DNA from: the human T2T-CHM13v2.0 reference genome, Homo sapiens
Assembly (NCBI RefSeq): GCF_009914755.1
Contig: NC_060934.1
Length of the DNA stretch: 64,000 bases
Direction: 5' to 3' (one strand)
Shown here: positions 28,202-40,599 of the stretch, one piece after another
Numbering within the stretch: the first letter of the stretch is position 1
How the letters are laid out: each line of letters starts with the position of its first letter
Position numbers and translations under genes: made by a program
Notes under the pieces: generated by a model
What the model was told of the DNA's origin: nothing
The model's input: the letters and a program-made list of their open reading frames with translations, nothing else
Databases searched by the model: none

Positions 28202-29444
28202 ATCAGGAATGTTTTGGGGGAAAATATTTCTGAGAGTATCCCTCAGATAAAACTTCGGGAACTATAAGTTGTCAGTTGCAGTAAGCAGTACATAAGCAAA
28301 CATTACTGCCTAGTGAGAGAGCATGAAAGTCAATGAATTTATTTGTTCTGATGAAGAGCCTTCGTTGGGAAATTTATTTAAAGACAATAGATGTAGTATC
28401 CAGTTCTGATGTCAGGGTTAGAGAAATTATCTTTGGCTAAGGTTATCTCCTATTTTGCCCTGTAACATTGAAATGCATGCTGTTATGTGATGCCAGCATG
28501 TGCTTTTCCTGGCTTGCTGCCCTCTTAGGTTTGGCCCTGGCAGATTGAAAGGTTCTCCAAGTTGGCCAACCCTTGTGATGAACTCTTTGAGCATGATAGG
28601 CTGGAGGCGGTGGCAGGAGCAGCCAAGATGACTGGATTCTGGTGTTGAAAGAGGGTGAAGTGAAACTATTCATAACAGATGCAGAGTTACTTACTTCAAT
28701 TGATCCCATCTTTGTAGGCTTCTTTTCAGCTTTAGAACTGCTTCTTACTTTGGCTTTGTATGTTTATCTTTCCCTTAACTTTCTAGTCATAATATATTTG
28801 AGTCAGCAGAGCTTGCAATTTGTGCCTAATTTGCACAAATACAGTTTGGAAACTTAAAGGTCAGGGAAGTTATGTGCAAATAGGAAATTTAACTTAAACC
28901 AGAACTCTGTATTTCCGAGACCTGAACCCGTATAACCTGGAATCACTAAGCCAACTGCTAATTTAGCATTGACACAGCCTAAACAGAAACAAATGGGTAG
29001 CAAGTGTAGTTTAGGGTGAATGTTTTGAAATCATTTCTGTTTGGGGTTTGTAAAAATAAAATGCTGCTGATCTTGTTTTGCTCTTTTTGGGTAGAAATGT
29101 TTGCTTGATTCTGGTCATTTTTAGTACCCAGCAAAGGTATCCACTTCACCAGTTGCTCATTTCTTTACCATTGCTGTGTATCCAGTGCATTCTAGACTTG
29201 GTTGCAGCTCTAGATCAAACAATTTGATTTGAGAATCTGGCTTCCCAGTTTTCTTATTTTTGTTTCATAGACCGCAAGATTTTAGAAAGGCATGCTGACC
29301 AGTTCTGAATGGTGTCCTAAGAATTCAGGGACTTGCATAATTTTATTGGAAGAAAACTTTGTTTTCCCTGGGCCTATCCAAATACCAAGCTCATGGAAGA
29401 GGCTTAAATACTTTTTCGTTGCAGTTAGATAATCAGGTTTTATA

Positions 29445-30555
29445 TTTTTATTTATATAATTTTTATTTCCAACTTTTATTGTAAGTTCAGGGATACATGT
29501 GCAGGATGCACAGGTTTGTTACATAGGTAAACATGTGCCATGGTGGTTTGCTGCCCACATTGTCCCATCACCCAGGTATTAATCCCAGCATCCACTACTT
29601 ATTCTTCTTGATTTTCTCCCTCCTCCCACCCCCGCCCTCCGACAGGCCCTGATGTGTGTTGTTCCACCCATATGTCCATGTGTTCTCATCATTTAGCTTC
29701 CACTTGTAAGTGAGAACATGTGGTAGTTGGTTTTCTGTTCCTGTGTTAGTTTGCTAAGGATAATGGCCTTGAGTTCCATCCATGTCCTTGCAAAAGACAT
29801 GATCTCATTCCTTTTTATGGCTGCATAGTATTTCATCATGTATATGTGCCACCTTTTCTTTATTCAGTTTATCATTGACGGGCATTTAGGTTGATTCCAT
29901 GTCTTTGCTATTGTGAAAAATGGCGCAGTGAACATATGTGTGCATGTGTTTTTATAACAGAACGATTTATATTCCTTTGGGTATAAAGAAATGGGATTAT
30001 TGTGTCGAATGGTATTTCTGCCTCTAGGTCTTTGAGGAATCACCACATTATCTTCCACAATGGTTGAACTAATTTGTACTACCACCAACAGTGTAAAAGT
30101 GTTCCTTTTTCTCCACAATCTCGCAAGCATCTTGTTGCTTTTTGACTTTTTAATAATAGCTGTTTTGACTAGTGTGAGATGATATCTCATCGTAGTTTTG
30201 ATTTGCATTTCTCTAATGATCAGTGATGTTGAGCTGTTTTTCATGTTTGTTGGCCGCATGTATGTCTTAAGAAGTGTCTGTTCATGTCCTTTGCCCACTT
30301 TTAAGTGGGATTTTTTTTTCTCGTAAATTTGTCTAAGTTCCTTATAGATGCTGGATATTAGATCTTTGTCAGATGAATGGATTGCAAAAATTTTCTCCCA
30401 CTTTGTAGGTTGTATGTTTACTCTGTTGATAGTTTCTTTTGCTGTGCAGAAGCTCTTTAGTTTAATTAGATCCCATTTGTCAATTTTTGCTTTTGTTGTG
30501 ACACGTCTTCATCATTAAATATTTGCCCCTTTCTATGTCCTGAATGGTATTGCCT
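29445..30555 (-). mobile_element. L1PA (about L1PA10-13) 3' end, 5'-truncated
   Basis: caacttttatt...aagttcagggatacatgtgcaggatg; ORF 29864-30298 contains [18 protein letters not shown]. Confidence 0.92.
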
Positions 30556-31050
30556 TAATTAAAGACTTGTTTAATCGAACTGATATGGACAAGCAGTACA
30601 CTATTTTTATAGATGATCTTGTTGGAAGCCAGATTTAAGGAGATTGCCTGGAGACTAAAAATACATCATTTTCATGGGGATTTCATTTTTAATCTAGTGT
30701 GAAAATAGTGTTGATATGAGCAAACTTTATTCAGTGTTGTAATTCCTCAAATAAAATATGCATGAAATTGAAAAGCACAAAAGTCTTCAATGTTTATCTC
30801 TGTCATCTATATCTATGTCTACCTGTAGATATATAGCACATATCTATATGTGAATATATAGAGAACAATGCTAGAATGATAAAATAGCAACAGGGATTAT
30901 ATCTGGGAGATGGGAAATGTGAGAACACCAGATAGCCAGAGGTAAACAATACTACGCCTTTGATCCCTCAACATGGAATGAAATGTGGTGAGCATTTTCC
31001 ATTGTCATTAGGTAGTCTTCGATGGCATGGTTTTCTGTTATTATTTATTC

Positions 31051-31082
31051 TGTTATGTTGTTATGTTATTATGTTGTTATGT
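31051..31082. repeat. (TGTTA/TTATG)-type short tandem repeat
   Basis: tgttatgttgttatgttattatgttgttatgt. Confidence 0.7.
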
Positions 31083-32399
31083 GATATTCTGTCATATACG
31101 TATTTTGTTTATCTTGGTGCTTAAGAAAGCCAAAGTAGATAATTCATATTTGACTTTGGATCCTGTGTTTTCTAAGTTTTTACCTCAAACAAAATGATGA
31201 CACAACACCTTGATGTGGCCTGAATTTTGGAAGCTGCATGTTCTTCCTGCTTGGCTCTCTCCCATTCTGCCTCTACTTTCTCTTCCCTCTCTGCTTTCTC
31301 CAGTTGTAAATAGGACTATCTTAGTGGTTATGCACTGCCAACTTTTGTAGCATTGGGTTCAGTTTATAGCATGTGTAAGTGGTCAATGAATGTTTCTTCC
31401 TCTAAATACTTTTCTTACAAGAAGAGGTAGTTAGATTTTCATCCAACACAAACTCCAATCTGGCTTTTGTCATTACTGAAGATACTGATTTTGCAAGGCA
31501 GAATTCCTGAAGCTTTTGAGCCCTTTCTAGGCAGTTCTTTGCGGTTAGATGACAGTGCTGGATAAGAAGGAATAGGTATTTCTCAGGCCCAGATGGTCTG
31601 AAAGAGGTTTTGCTAATGCTCCTAAACCAATTTGATGGATTATAATTCTTTGTTTCTTTTGGGTAAGCATGAAGAGTGTAATAGATGGCAAGGTAAGGGC
31701 TGTAGGGTTTCTCTTCAAAGACTTTATTAGGCGGTGTGTAATAACCAAAGCAAATCTCGCAATGAATTCTGCCTCACATGCAAACCCTTATTAATGAGCA
31801 GGGCCCAGTTGTATGACTGTTCTCTAATGTCAGTGAGGTGCCTGCTGTCTGTCCTTAGGGTACTCTAACAGATCTGTGCATGAGATGTTTATTTGAAGCA
31901 GAAAGGGAAGTTGTTCAAGCAGCGTGATTGACTTCTGATTATTCTTCAGCATCAAAGTCCTAAGCTTAAGGGTACTAATCCTAAGGGGTTGAGGCATTGG
32001 ACATTTTTGGTTTGTAGACCCTGTTTAGTTAAAGGCAGGAGTACCCTATAGTATTTCTGACCACTCTACATCTGGCAAAATTCACATTTACCCATGAGAA
32101 ATAATTTTTAGCATCCATTTTGCTAACTAACAAAGCCTCCGTTGTTTATGACAAATAAAATTTGGAGTCCGCTGACTCTGGAGTGTGAGCCTCCCTAGGA
32201 AGGCTTTCACATACTCATGAAGTACCTCTGGGGTATGTTCTCAGCTGGAATAACCCACCACTCCTGGGAGGAGGGTCAGAACCATCCTACAGGCATTTGT
32301 TACATGCACTGTGCTGAAGTGTTTTAAAGATAATTACAGACAGCACAACAGAAGGATGTTTTGTGATTCTTCTGTGTGAGAATCAGATTGGGAGATGGA

Positions 32400-32512
32400 T
32401 TTGGACACAAAAATGTTGAAATATAAGGAACATTTTTGTGGTTGATGGGAAAAATTGGAAACACATTTGATGTTAAGACTGTCCTGGAAAACCCAGGACA
32501 CGTGGCTACCAG
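32400..32512 (+). mobile_element. hAT-Blackjack MITE fragment (MER94/MER81-like)
   Basis: gactgtcctggaaaacccaggacacgtggctacc resembles the Blackjack terminus. Confidence 0.5.
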
Positions 32513-32702
32513 AGAACAGGCTCTTTCAGTTTGCTTTTTTCTGGGAAGTGAGATAAAAATACCAAATGCAGTGTGATAAACTTTTCCTTCCCATAAAATA
32601 TACATGTATTGATATGTTAAAGTACTATGTGTTCACAAATACAAGCTTAATTTTATACATATGCATAAGTATTAAAGTGTATACAGCTCTTTCACCTTCA
32701 GG

Positions 32703-33478
32703 AACAGTTTTCAAGCATTTTGATTTCAAGCCCCTTTTACATTTTAAAAATTGTTGAGGATCCCAAAAGAGATTTTATATGTTTGGTTTATAGCTATTGA
32801 TGTTGACTATATTTTCAGTTAAATTGAGACAATTTTAATAGATTTATTAATATTTTTAAAAATAACATAAAACTTACTGCATGTTAATAAAAAATTGTTT
32901 CACGAAAAATTCCCTATTTTCTAAGACAAAAAATTCAGTGAGATGAATGATATTGTTTTACGTTTCTGCAAACTTCTTGTGTGTCTGGTGTACAAGAAGA
33001 CAGCTGCATTCTCATTTCTTCTTCTGCATTCAATCTGTCCCTCTCACTCTTCAGGTAGCCTCTGAAAAACTCTGTGTACATTTGTGTGAAAACGAGTGAG
33101 CAAAAAATGACTCAGTATAATTTTAGAAATTATTTTGACCCCTCAAACCTTTTTTTTTTTTAATTTTACTTTAAATTCTGGGATACATGTGCAGAACGTG
33201 CAGGTTTGTTACTTAGGTATACATGTGCCATGGTGGTTTGCTGCACCTATCAACTCATCATCTAGGTTTTAAGCCCCACGTGCATTAGGTATTTGTCCTA
33301 ATGCTCTTCCCTCCTGTTGTCCCCCACTCCCCAACAGGCCCCGGTGTATGATGTCCCCCTCTCTGTGTCCATGGGTTCTCATTGTTCAACTCCCACTTAT
33401 GAGTGAGAACATGACCTTGCAAACCTTTTAAAGAGTATCAAAGATCCCCGGGTCCCTGGATGACATTCCGCACACTGC
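32703..33478 (-). mobile_element. hAT-Charlie element (Charlie4a-like), interrupted by an L1PA fragment
   Basis: aaaaattgttgaggatcccaaaagag...agaagacagctgcattctcat...tgcattcaatctg...gtagcctctgaaaaactc matches the recalled reverse consensus. Confidence 0.75.
33154..33411 (-). mobile_element. L1PA8-like 3' UTR fragment
   Basis: ctaggttttaagccccacgtgcattaggtatttgtcctaatgctc; degenerate TSD tgacccctcaaacctttt / tgaccttgcaaacctttt. Confidence 0.88.
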
Positions 33479-33499
33479 TCCGTGGTTTCAGTGTTCTAC

Positions 33500-33640
33500 C
33501 ACCCATTGTGTTATTTGGTCCTAATTGCCAGCCCTGAGAAGTCATTACTATCTCCATTTTATAGTCGAGGCAAACTGGGATTCCAGAAGGCTTGCCTTTG
33601 AGTATTATGAAAGTTCCACTAGTACTGATGCAGCCAGTTT
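33500..33640 (-). mobile_element. MIR SINE fragment
   Basis: ccctgagaagtcattactatctccattttatagtcgaggcaaactggg. Confidence 0.6.
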
Positions 33641-33642
33641 TT

Positions 33643-33857
33643 ATTTTTATTTTATTTAGTGTTTAAAGGTTACAGTCTTATTGCCTTGGAGATTTATGAA
33701 GTAGTTTTTTTTTGTTGTTGTTGTTGGTTTTTTTTTGTTAAGAAATAGGGTCTCGCTATGTTGGGTAGGCTCTCCTTGGACTCCTGGACTTAACGCGATT
33801 TTCCTGCTTCAGCCTCCTAGGCAGCTGAGTCTGTAAGTGTGTGCCACTGCTCCAGGC
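33643..33857 (-). mobile_element. FLAM_A-like Alu monomer with an extra unique 3' segment and second A tail
   Basis: Monomer plus tail at 33703-33857; unique segment plus tail at 33643-33702; TSD tgcagccagttttt (33629-33642) and tgcaaccagttttt (33858-33871). Confidence 0.8.
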
Positions 33858-35289
33858 TGCAACCAGTTTTTAAATGAGAGTCTTCTGATGGCTTTGTTTC
33901 TGTGATTGTTCCTTTTCAATGTATTACCATAAATTGTATTTACCTTCTACTTAGAATTCAGGGAGAGGGAAGCTTTTATCTTTTATTTATGCAAGTTCAC
34001 AATAGAAGTTTGCAGAGCGTTATAGCTTTGGATGATTTTTCAGACATTTTCATATCAGGTTTTAATCTGTAATATTTTAATATTTGAGCATTTATGCTAA
34101 GAATAAGTGATAATATTTTACAATTTTTTGGTGTGTGCTTTAAATAGGTTATTTGAGGACAGTTGTTTTATTTTCTCACTTTATGTGGATTAAATGTCAC
34201 ATCTTTGAAGAGCCGAGTGGATTTGGCAGAGTGTCACCTAGCCCCTAATTAACTGTGTTTACACAGTCCACAAACTTGTGCCCTCCATGGAGGTCAAAGC
34301 AAATTTGCCTTCCAAACCTTTCAGGAACAACTCTGTTATATAGAATCTGAGTTTTAAAATTTCAAAATTCCAGTGGAATGATACTTTTTGTATGGCGTAC
34401 TGATCCTGTAATAGTTAATACAAGTGAATAGTGAGAAAAATGATAATTACTAGAAAAGCAGCAGACATACAAAATAAAAGCCTGGATTTTTATTTCATTC
34501 CACATGCATACAACTACCTTTTCAAGTTACTACAAGAATTTCTAAATACTCTTTAATTTCTGTATCATTCTGTATTATCTGCTTGCTCTCTGGGAACACA
34601 CGGTTCATGTACAAGCAAGGATCGCACTTTGAATAGCACTGATGCCCATTATTGCCACTGTGCATTCCTGCATAATTCAAATCTGGAATTTTAGCTGTCT
34701 TACTTCGTGCCTCCCATCCTCAACTTCAGTTTAAACTAGAGAATTATTTGTTCTTCTCTGCCTCCCCTCCCAAAATACTTAAATGGTGTTATACATTGTT
34801 ACAAAAGTGAGGGAGATATGTATATACAAAATATACTGTTTAAAAGGATCAATACTGTTACAAAAAAACCGCACTCAAATGTAAGTTCAGATGACATTGT
34901 TCTGAATCTTATTTTCCTCACTTAATAAGGTATCACTTCTGGCTCACTTGCTTGAGGGGGACAAAATAATGAGAGAGAAAGAAAGTTATCCCAGATGTCT
35001 TGAGTTAAGGGAAAGGATGAGTGATTGCTTATTTTTTTCTTTATGGGATTCTTACATAGTTGTTTTAACGAAGACTTGTGGATGAGGGGAGGAACAGAGC
35101 AATAGCTGGTCAGAAGTGGGAGCAGCTGAGAAAATGAGGGAAAACAGAAACAAACTGTCGGGCCAGAGGCAGAGGGGGCTCTCAGAGACAGAGAAAGCAA
35201 CTTTGATCAGATGAGGTTGGTTTCCACAATGTCCAGCTATCTGCTGGACCTGTGATCCTCACAGTCAGTGCTGGGTTTCCCTGAGCACT

Positions 35290-35500
35290 TACCATTCAGT
35301 GGGTGCCTACCATGTGCTAGACAGGGGAGGTTCCTTTTCACACACCTGCACTTAACCCTCACAACAGACCCAAGAAGTGGAATGAGAGAACAATGAGGCT
35401 CACAGGGGTAAAGTATTTGTTTAAGGGCACCAACTAGTAAGTAATGAGACTGGGATGGGAACCAACATCATTCTGATGCCAAAGCCTCTTGCTTTTTCCA
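35290..35500 (-). mobile_element. MIR SINE
   Basis: tgcctaccatgtgctagaca...ttaaccctcacaaca...tgaggctcacaggggtaaagtatttg...ctagtaagt...ctgatgccaaagcc. Confidence 0.75.
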
Positions 35501-37459
35501 GATTTGCTACAAATTTAAAAGATAGGGAGTCGAGACTGAGGAGGGCCCATGAAGGAGCAGTAATATGCCTGGTACATTAGCCCCTGTAGCTTCCTAACAA
35601 TTCCTACAGTACTTCTCCAGATAAAGAATATGGAAGACAGTGAAGTATCTGTTTCCAGAAACATTTTTGAGGAAGTCAGAGAGAGGCCAAAAGGGACTTA
35701 AGTTTCTTCAGAGAGGAAGTTGAGAAACTCAAGTATAGCAAACCACTAATGCCAGATGTTATTTATCCAAAGGTTTTTGGCTATATTGCAATACTTTCTG
35801 GATCTCTGCTAGTTCTCTGCAATCTTTCTGAAGCTGCTTTGAGTTTTGAAAATATACATACCTGAATTTGAAACCATGGTCATTTAATCTAAAATATGTC
35901 CTTAAAATCCTAAACTCTTTGTAATAACAATGGTGGAAGCACAAGAGGAATCATTCTCAATGACTATTTGAAATATTATTTTATTCTAAGTCAAAGAAGT
36001 ATTTCTGATTTGGTAACTGTTTCAGCTAGAGCAAGCTGTGTTTTTGCTTTAAAAATTGCATTTAGCCCTCTCTATGTGCAAATAGAGTTTCTTTCTTAAA
36101 TTTTTAATTATTATTCCTCAATGGAAGGCTGAAAGGAGATTTCATTGTATTATAGCCCTCATTGACTTTTCTCTCTAAATGATGACAAAAGCTTTTAAAT
36201 TTAGTTATAAGGCAAAAAATACTTATGGACCTGTAAAGTGTGTGAAGAGGTGGGTGGGGGTAAAGACAATTAACATTTTCCCTTATGAAAAGGGCTGATT
36301 TGTGATATAATTTCTCTATTTATCCTTCATTTCCTGTGTGTCATTTTCAGCAACATTTCAACTTTAATATCTTGACTTTTGATCATTTTTTCCTCTTCAC
36401 TTGAGAGTATTTCCGAGTTGTTATTTTTTGTTCCTGAGACTTTAGTCAAAGAATCTCTTCTACTTGTTCTTTTTATTTTTCTACCAGTATACTGTGTGAT
36501 CTACCTTTGTCTTTTCCAACGTCGGGCCCACATTGTATTTCAATACATCACCCTAATTGATAGAAAACTTGCGGGGATGTATTGTTCCGGCTAATCCATT
36601 TTTCCTCTTAATAAAGAATCATGAAGAAACTTTATTTTCTTTTTTGACTCTGACTGTTGAAAATGTTCCTAAAACAATAACCCACATTCCTGCCTTAGTA
36701 AGCACAGTGGATATGATTGACTCCTGATGGCCGAAAACCTTGTAGTGTTTGAGAGCAACTCCTGCAGATATCACTTCTTCCCAAATGTATGGTAAATTGA
36801 AATTTGAAAGAGGTGGAGGTAAACAGCTTCTGGCATAATTGCGAGAGAGGCACAGGATCTCGTTACCCTATCCCCTCGCCCCTCATCAGAGAGAAACACC
36901 ATAACCCCTATAAGAGCCATGCCCCCTCTCCCACCTGTGTGTGCAGGAGTTCAACCTCCCTTCACTTGGAAGTGTGCAGAATTCTCTTCCTTTGCTGCTA
37001 CTCCTTGAAAGCTAGCCCTCTGTGCCCTCACCTCTCGTACACATAAAGGGGGAAGGCATACCTTGGCAGTGCCTTTTAAGATAGTGAATGGCCAGGAAGT
37101 GGCTATATGAAACAAATCCTCATGATACCTAGATTTCTTATGAGTTGATTTCTCATGAAAGTTCTGGTTCATAATGTTTCAGACTTGTGCCCTGTTGAGA
37201 ATTGATGAGGAATCTAAAGGCCCCCTTCATATATAATACCACTGGTGGTCAGCCCCACTGAAGCCCCACTGGGACCTAAGGCCATGTCCCTGTTGAGCTC
37301 ACAGCTGCAACGCTGTCACCTTGGGTCAGTTGTGCCTCTGGCTTCCTTGCGACATTCCTTAGAACTGGCTTGAAACTGAAGCTCAGTGGGTGTCCACAAG
37401 GGCAATAGTCCGCTCCTTGCTGGAGAGAAGACACTTTAACTTTATTTTTGGGTTATGCT

Positions 37460-37680
37460 GCTTACGTAAGTAAAATTAAATATAAGTAATTATTTTTTCC
37501 TGCTGGTGCTGACGTGTCACACCCACAGTAAAACTAGAATTGTCTTCACCAAAGGAATGGCTTGTGTGCGTGCAGGCATTATTCATGGTGAACACCACAG
37601 CGTTAACAATCCACGTGTCACCATGATCAGATCCCGGAGCCACGCCTACTGGGGCATCGGTTTTTCCTAGCCTCACTAGC
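37460..37680. promoter_or_regulatory. Candidate enhancer-like CpG-retaining segment
   Basis: Local CpG excess; TTACGTAA at 37462-37469, TGACGTG ~37510, TGCGTG ~37567, CACGTG at 37612-37617; contains copy 1 of the duplicated cassette. Confidence 0.35.
37597..37670. repeat. Unassigned CpG-rich cassette, copy 1
   Basis: Aligns to 39764-39834 with about 9 substitutions and 2 small indels. Confidence 0.9.
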
Positions 37681-38141
37681 TCTGATTTTACAATCCATCC
37701 CCTGGCAGAGAAATTTGGGGCTCTCCCTGGATGTCAGCAAATCACTGCTGGCTTGTAACTACCAGGTGGGAAGTGTTCATCCCTAATTGTTCCTAATTTT
37801 TGAAGTAATGGGAGTTTTCTTTTTTCTCTCCTACTGCTGAGCCTGTGAAGTACTTCCCCTACTCAGTTGGCTGAGTTAATCTGCTCTCAGAGAGGATGCA
37901 GGCTAATTTAGCATAAAGGGAGTATGATTAGAAAGGTAAGTTTACAGGGCAAAGAAAGCACTGGAAGTCTTCCAAAGTAGAAAAGAACAGCTTTTTTGGA
38001 TTATTCATTTTTTCCATAATAGAATGTATATACTCTAGCTTACTCTCAGTCACTCCAGTTTAGTTTCATGGCTATGTGAGAAATAATTATATTACATTTT
38101 GCCCTAAATTTTTTTTTTTTATTGTGTTTAAGAACACTTAA

Positions 38142-38460
<319 letters not shown>

Positions 38461-38481
38461 TCTCTTAGCAAATTTTAAGTA

Positions 38482-38720
38482 CAGGTTGAGCATCCCAAAT
38501 CCCAAAATCCCAAATTTGAAGTTCTCTAAAATTCAAAACTTTCTGATTGCTGACATGATGCTCAAAGGAAATGTTCATTGGAGCATTTCAGATTTCAAAT
38601 TTTTGGACTTGGGATGCTTAACTGGTAAGTAAATAATGCAGATATTCCAAAAATCTGAAAAAATCCAAAATCTGAAACACTTCTGGTCTCAAGCATTTTG
38701 GATAAGGGATATTCAACCTG
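38482..38720 (-). mobile_element. Tigger4a (MER46/Zombi) DNA transposon
   Basis: TIRs caggttgagcatccc / gggatattcaacctg with TA TSD on both sides. Confidence 0.9.
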
Positions 38721-39763
38721 TATATAATACATTATTGTTGACTATTGGCACAGTGTTCTACAGATCTCTAGAGCTTATTAGAAGCTCTTAACTTAAACTT
38801 CATGCTTGTTGATTAATAACTTCCATTTCCCTGGATATTATGCTATGGAGTTTTTGGCTCTACCTGCTACCAGCTTTCCCTTCCCAATATCAAGCAATAT
38901 TTTTATTAAATTTGAAAACCTCAGTTACCAATGGACTGCAAACAAACTCAGTGTATGAAGGAGCTAGTGGTTTTTAAAGCTCAAACCATATCAGAGGAAT
39001 TTCATGTTTAGTAAATTTTAAAGTCTCCTTAGGATGTCTTAATGATGGGAGTAAAAACAGAAAAAATTATGTGACAACCTTTGTATTTTATTTAGAAAAG
39101 GTTTTAATCAGGGAAGAGGGGTTGGTATTCAGGTTTTGAAGTTATTTGTGTGTGAAAACTTACTAGATATGTCTAAGAATTTTATTTTCCTTTTAAAAAT
39201 TAAATGATGACTTTATTTCTTGGTGTTTCAGTTTTCCATACTTATAAAGCAAAGGAAATAATAAGAATCTCTTTGTAGCTCTGCTTTTATAAGGATAACA
39301 TAAAGTCTCAGATAATTGTGCCTACTACTCCTGAAGGAATTATATGTTGAGGCCTCTTTTTAAAAGTGTTAACTATTTTGAATAGTAGTGCTTTGCTAAA
39401 TTTTGGTACTTAAAACAGAGCCACAAAAATTAAGTGGTAATAGTAATATTTATATTTAAAATATGTCAGTTTATGATGATATTAAGTTATTCAGTGGTCA
39501 GTTTATTCATCTATATACATGCTTAATATTATTTTTAAATGTTGTAGTGTTTTTGATCCATAGGATTTTGACTTTTCACATGCCTCTGTTTTATGATCCT
39601 TGAAAAGAAAAGAAAAAATCAAGGCACAACAAACTTAAAAAGCAGGAATTTTGTTCTATATTGGTGGAGAGGAGCAAATAGACTGATGTGAGATGTTAGA
39701 AATATTTAGGTGTTGACATCAATTGATAGATGTTGGTTATTTATCATACTGTAGTCTTAGTTA

Positions 39764-39834
39764 ACAACATTAACGATCCACGTGTCTGTGGTCAGATCCT
39801 GGAGCCTCGCCTGCTGGGGATCGGTTTTTCCTAG
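39764..39834. repeat. Unassigned CpG-rich cassette, copy 2
   Basis: Homologous to 37597-37670; lies between atcatactgta direct repeats at 39743-39753 and 39840-39850. Confidence 0.9.
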
Positions 39835-39934
39835 ACGCAATCATACTGTATTATAAATAAGAGGGAGAAAAGTGCTAAGGGGACCCCCTCCCTCCAATTT
39901 GGGAAGATTGAGAAAAGCACATCTGTTTGTTTTC

Positions 39935-40540
39935 AATGGATGAAATATGCACATGGCAAATTTCAGAAGATTAAAAAAAATACTTAAAAGTATATTAGTA
40001 TTTTTTTCTCCATTCCTTTAATCATCAAATTCCTCTCTATCTCTCCTCCCCCATGTTACGATAACGGATTTTTTCAGGTTATTTTGTCCTCTCTCCCACC
40101 ACCCCAAGGTCATCTGTGCATATACATGCATATGTATGTGTAACCTGTTTTGTTTTTAAAGCAAAATTGTAGCATTCTCTGCACTCTTTCCCTAGCTCCT
40201 TAGCTTTCAATTTTTGAAGATTGCTCCTTCTTAGTACTCATCCTTTCCAATATCCAGCTGGATGTACTAATATTATTTGGCTAGTATTCTCTTAGTGGAC
40301 ATTTCTGTTGGTTTTAGTGGATGTTAGGTTATGTGTATATTGAATTTCAAATGATATTACAGAATTGCTCTCTGTAAACTCTCCACTTTATATTTACAGC
40401 AATAATGAGTCATATTGCCTAGTTTTCTACATTCTTACTAACATGATGTGGTCTTTTTGACCTTTGTTAATCTAATAAATGAAAAATTGTATTTTAATGT
40501 AGTTTAAGTATTTCCTTTGAGGGAGGCTGAGCATAAATGA
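39935..40540 (-). mobile_element. Highly diverged L1ME-type 3' fragment
   Basis: tagtggacattt...cagaattgctct...ttttgacctttgttaatctaataaatgaaaaattgtattttaatgtagttt...gaggctgagcat. Confidence 0.55.
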
Positions 40541-40599
40541 ATACCTTTAACTATCAGGGTATTAGACTTGATCACCAACCACTCAGGTCCTTTTCTTTC

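Noticed and set aside
28500-28660. Acceptor-like site and a 5' UTR-like ggaggcggtggcaggagcagccaagatg suggesting an exon or retrocopy
   Set aside because: Reading frames close quickly, with no good donor, poly-A, TSD or recognisable protein
30556-30568. attaaagactt after the L1PA 5' end as a possible twin-priming micro-inversion
   Set aside because: Only about 11 AT-rich bases, and no clear TSD to define the junction
35605-35740. Purine-rich exon-like stretch after cttctccag
   Set aside because: The frame ends after about 26 codons with no convincing donor and no known homology
37600-37670. Resemblance of the cassette to the CPEB3/HDV-like ribozyme (cacgt...tcagat) and to the 3' end of U6atac
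   Set aside because: I could not build the P1/P2/P3/P1.1 nested pseudoknot in both copies, and the U6atac match is short and gapped. A covariance-model search would settle it
37476-37676. Minus-strand ORF MRLGKTD...DTWIVNAV with a similar reading (RLGKTD...DTWIVNVV) at copy 2
   Set aside because: The copies differ by 1-nt and 2-nt indels that change the frame between the blocks, and copy 2 hits a stop immediately. The similarity is at DNA level
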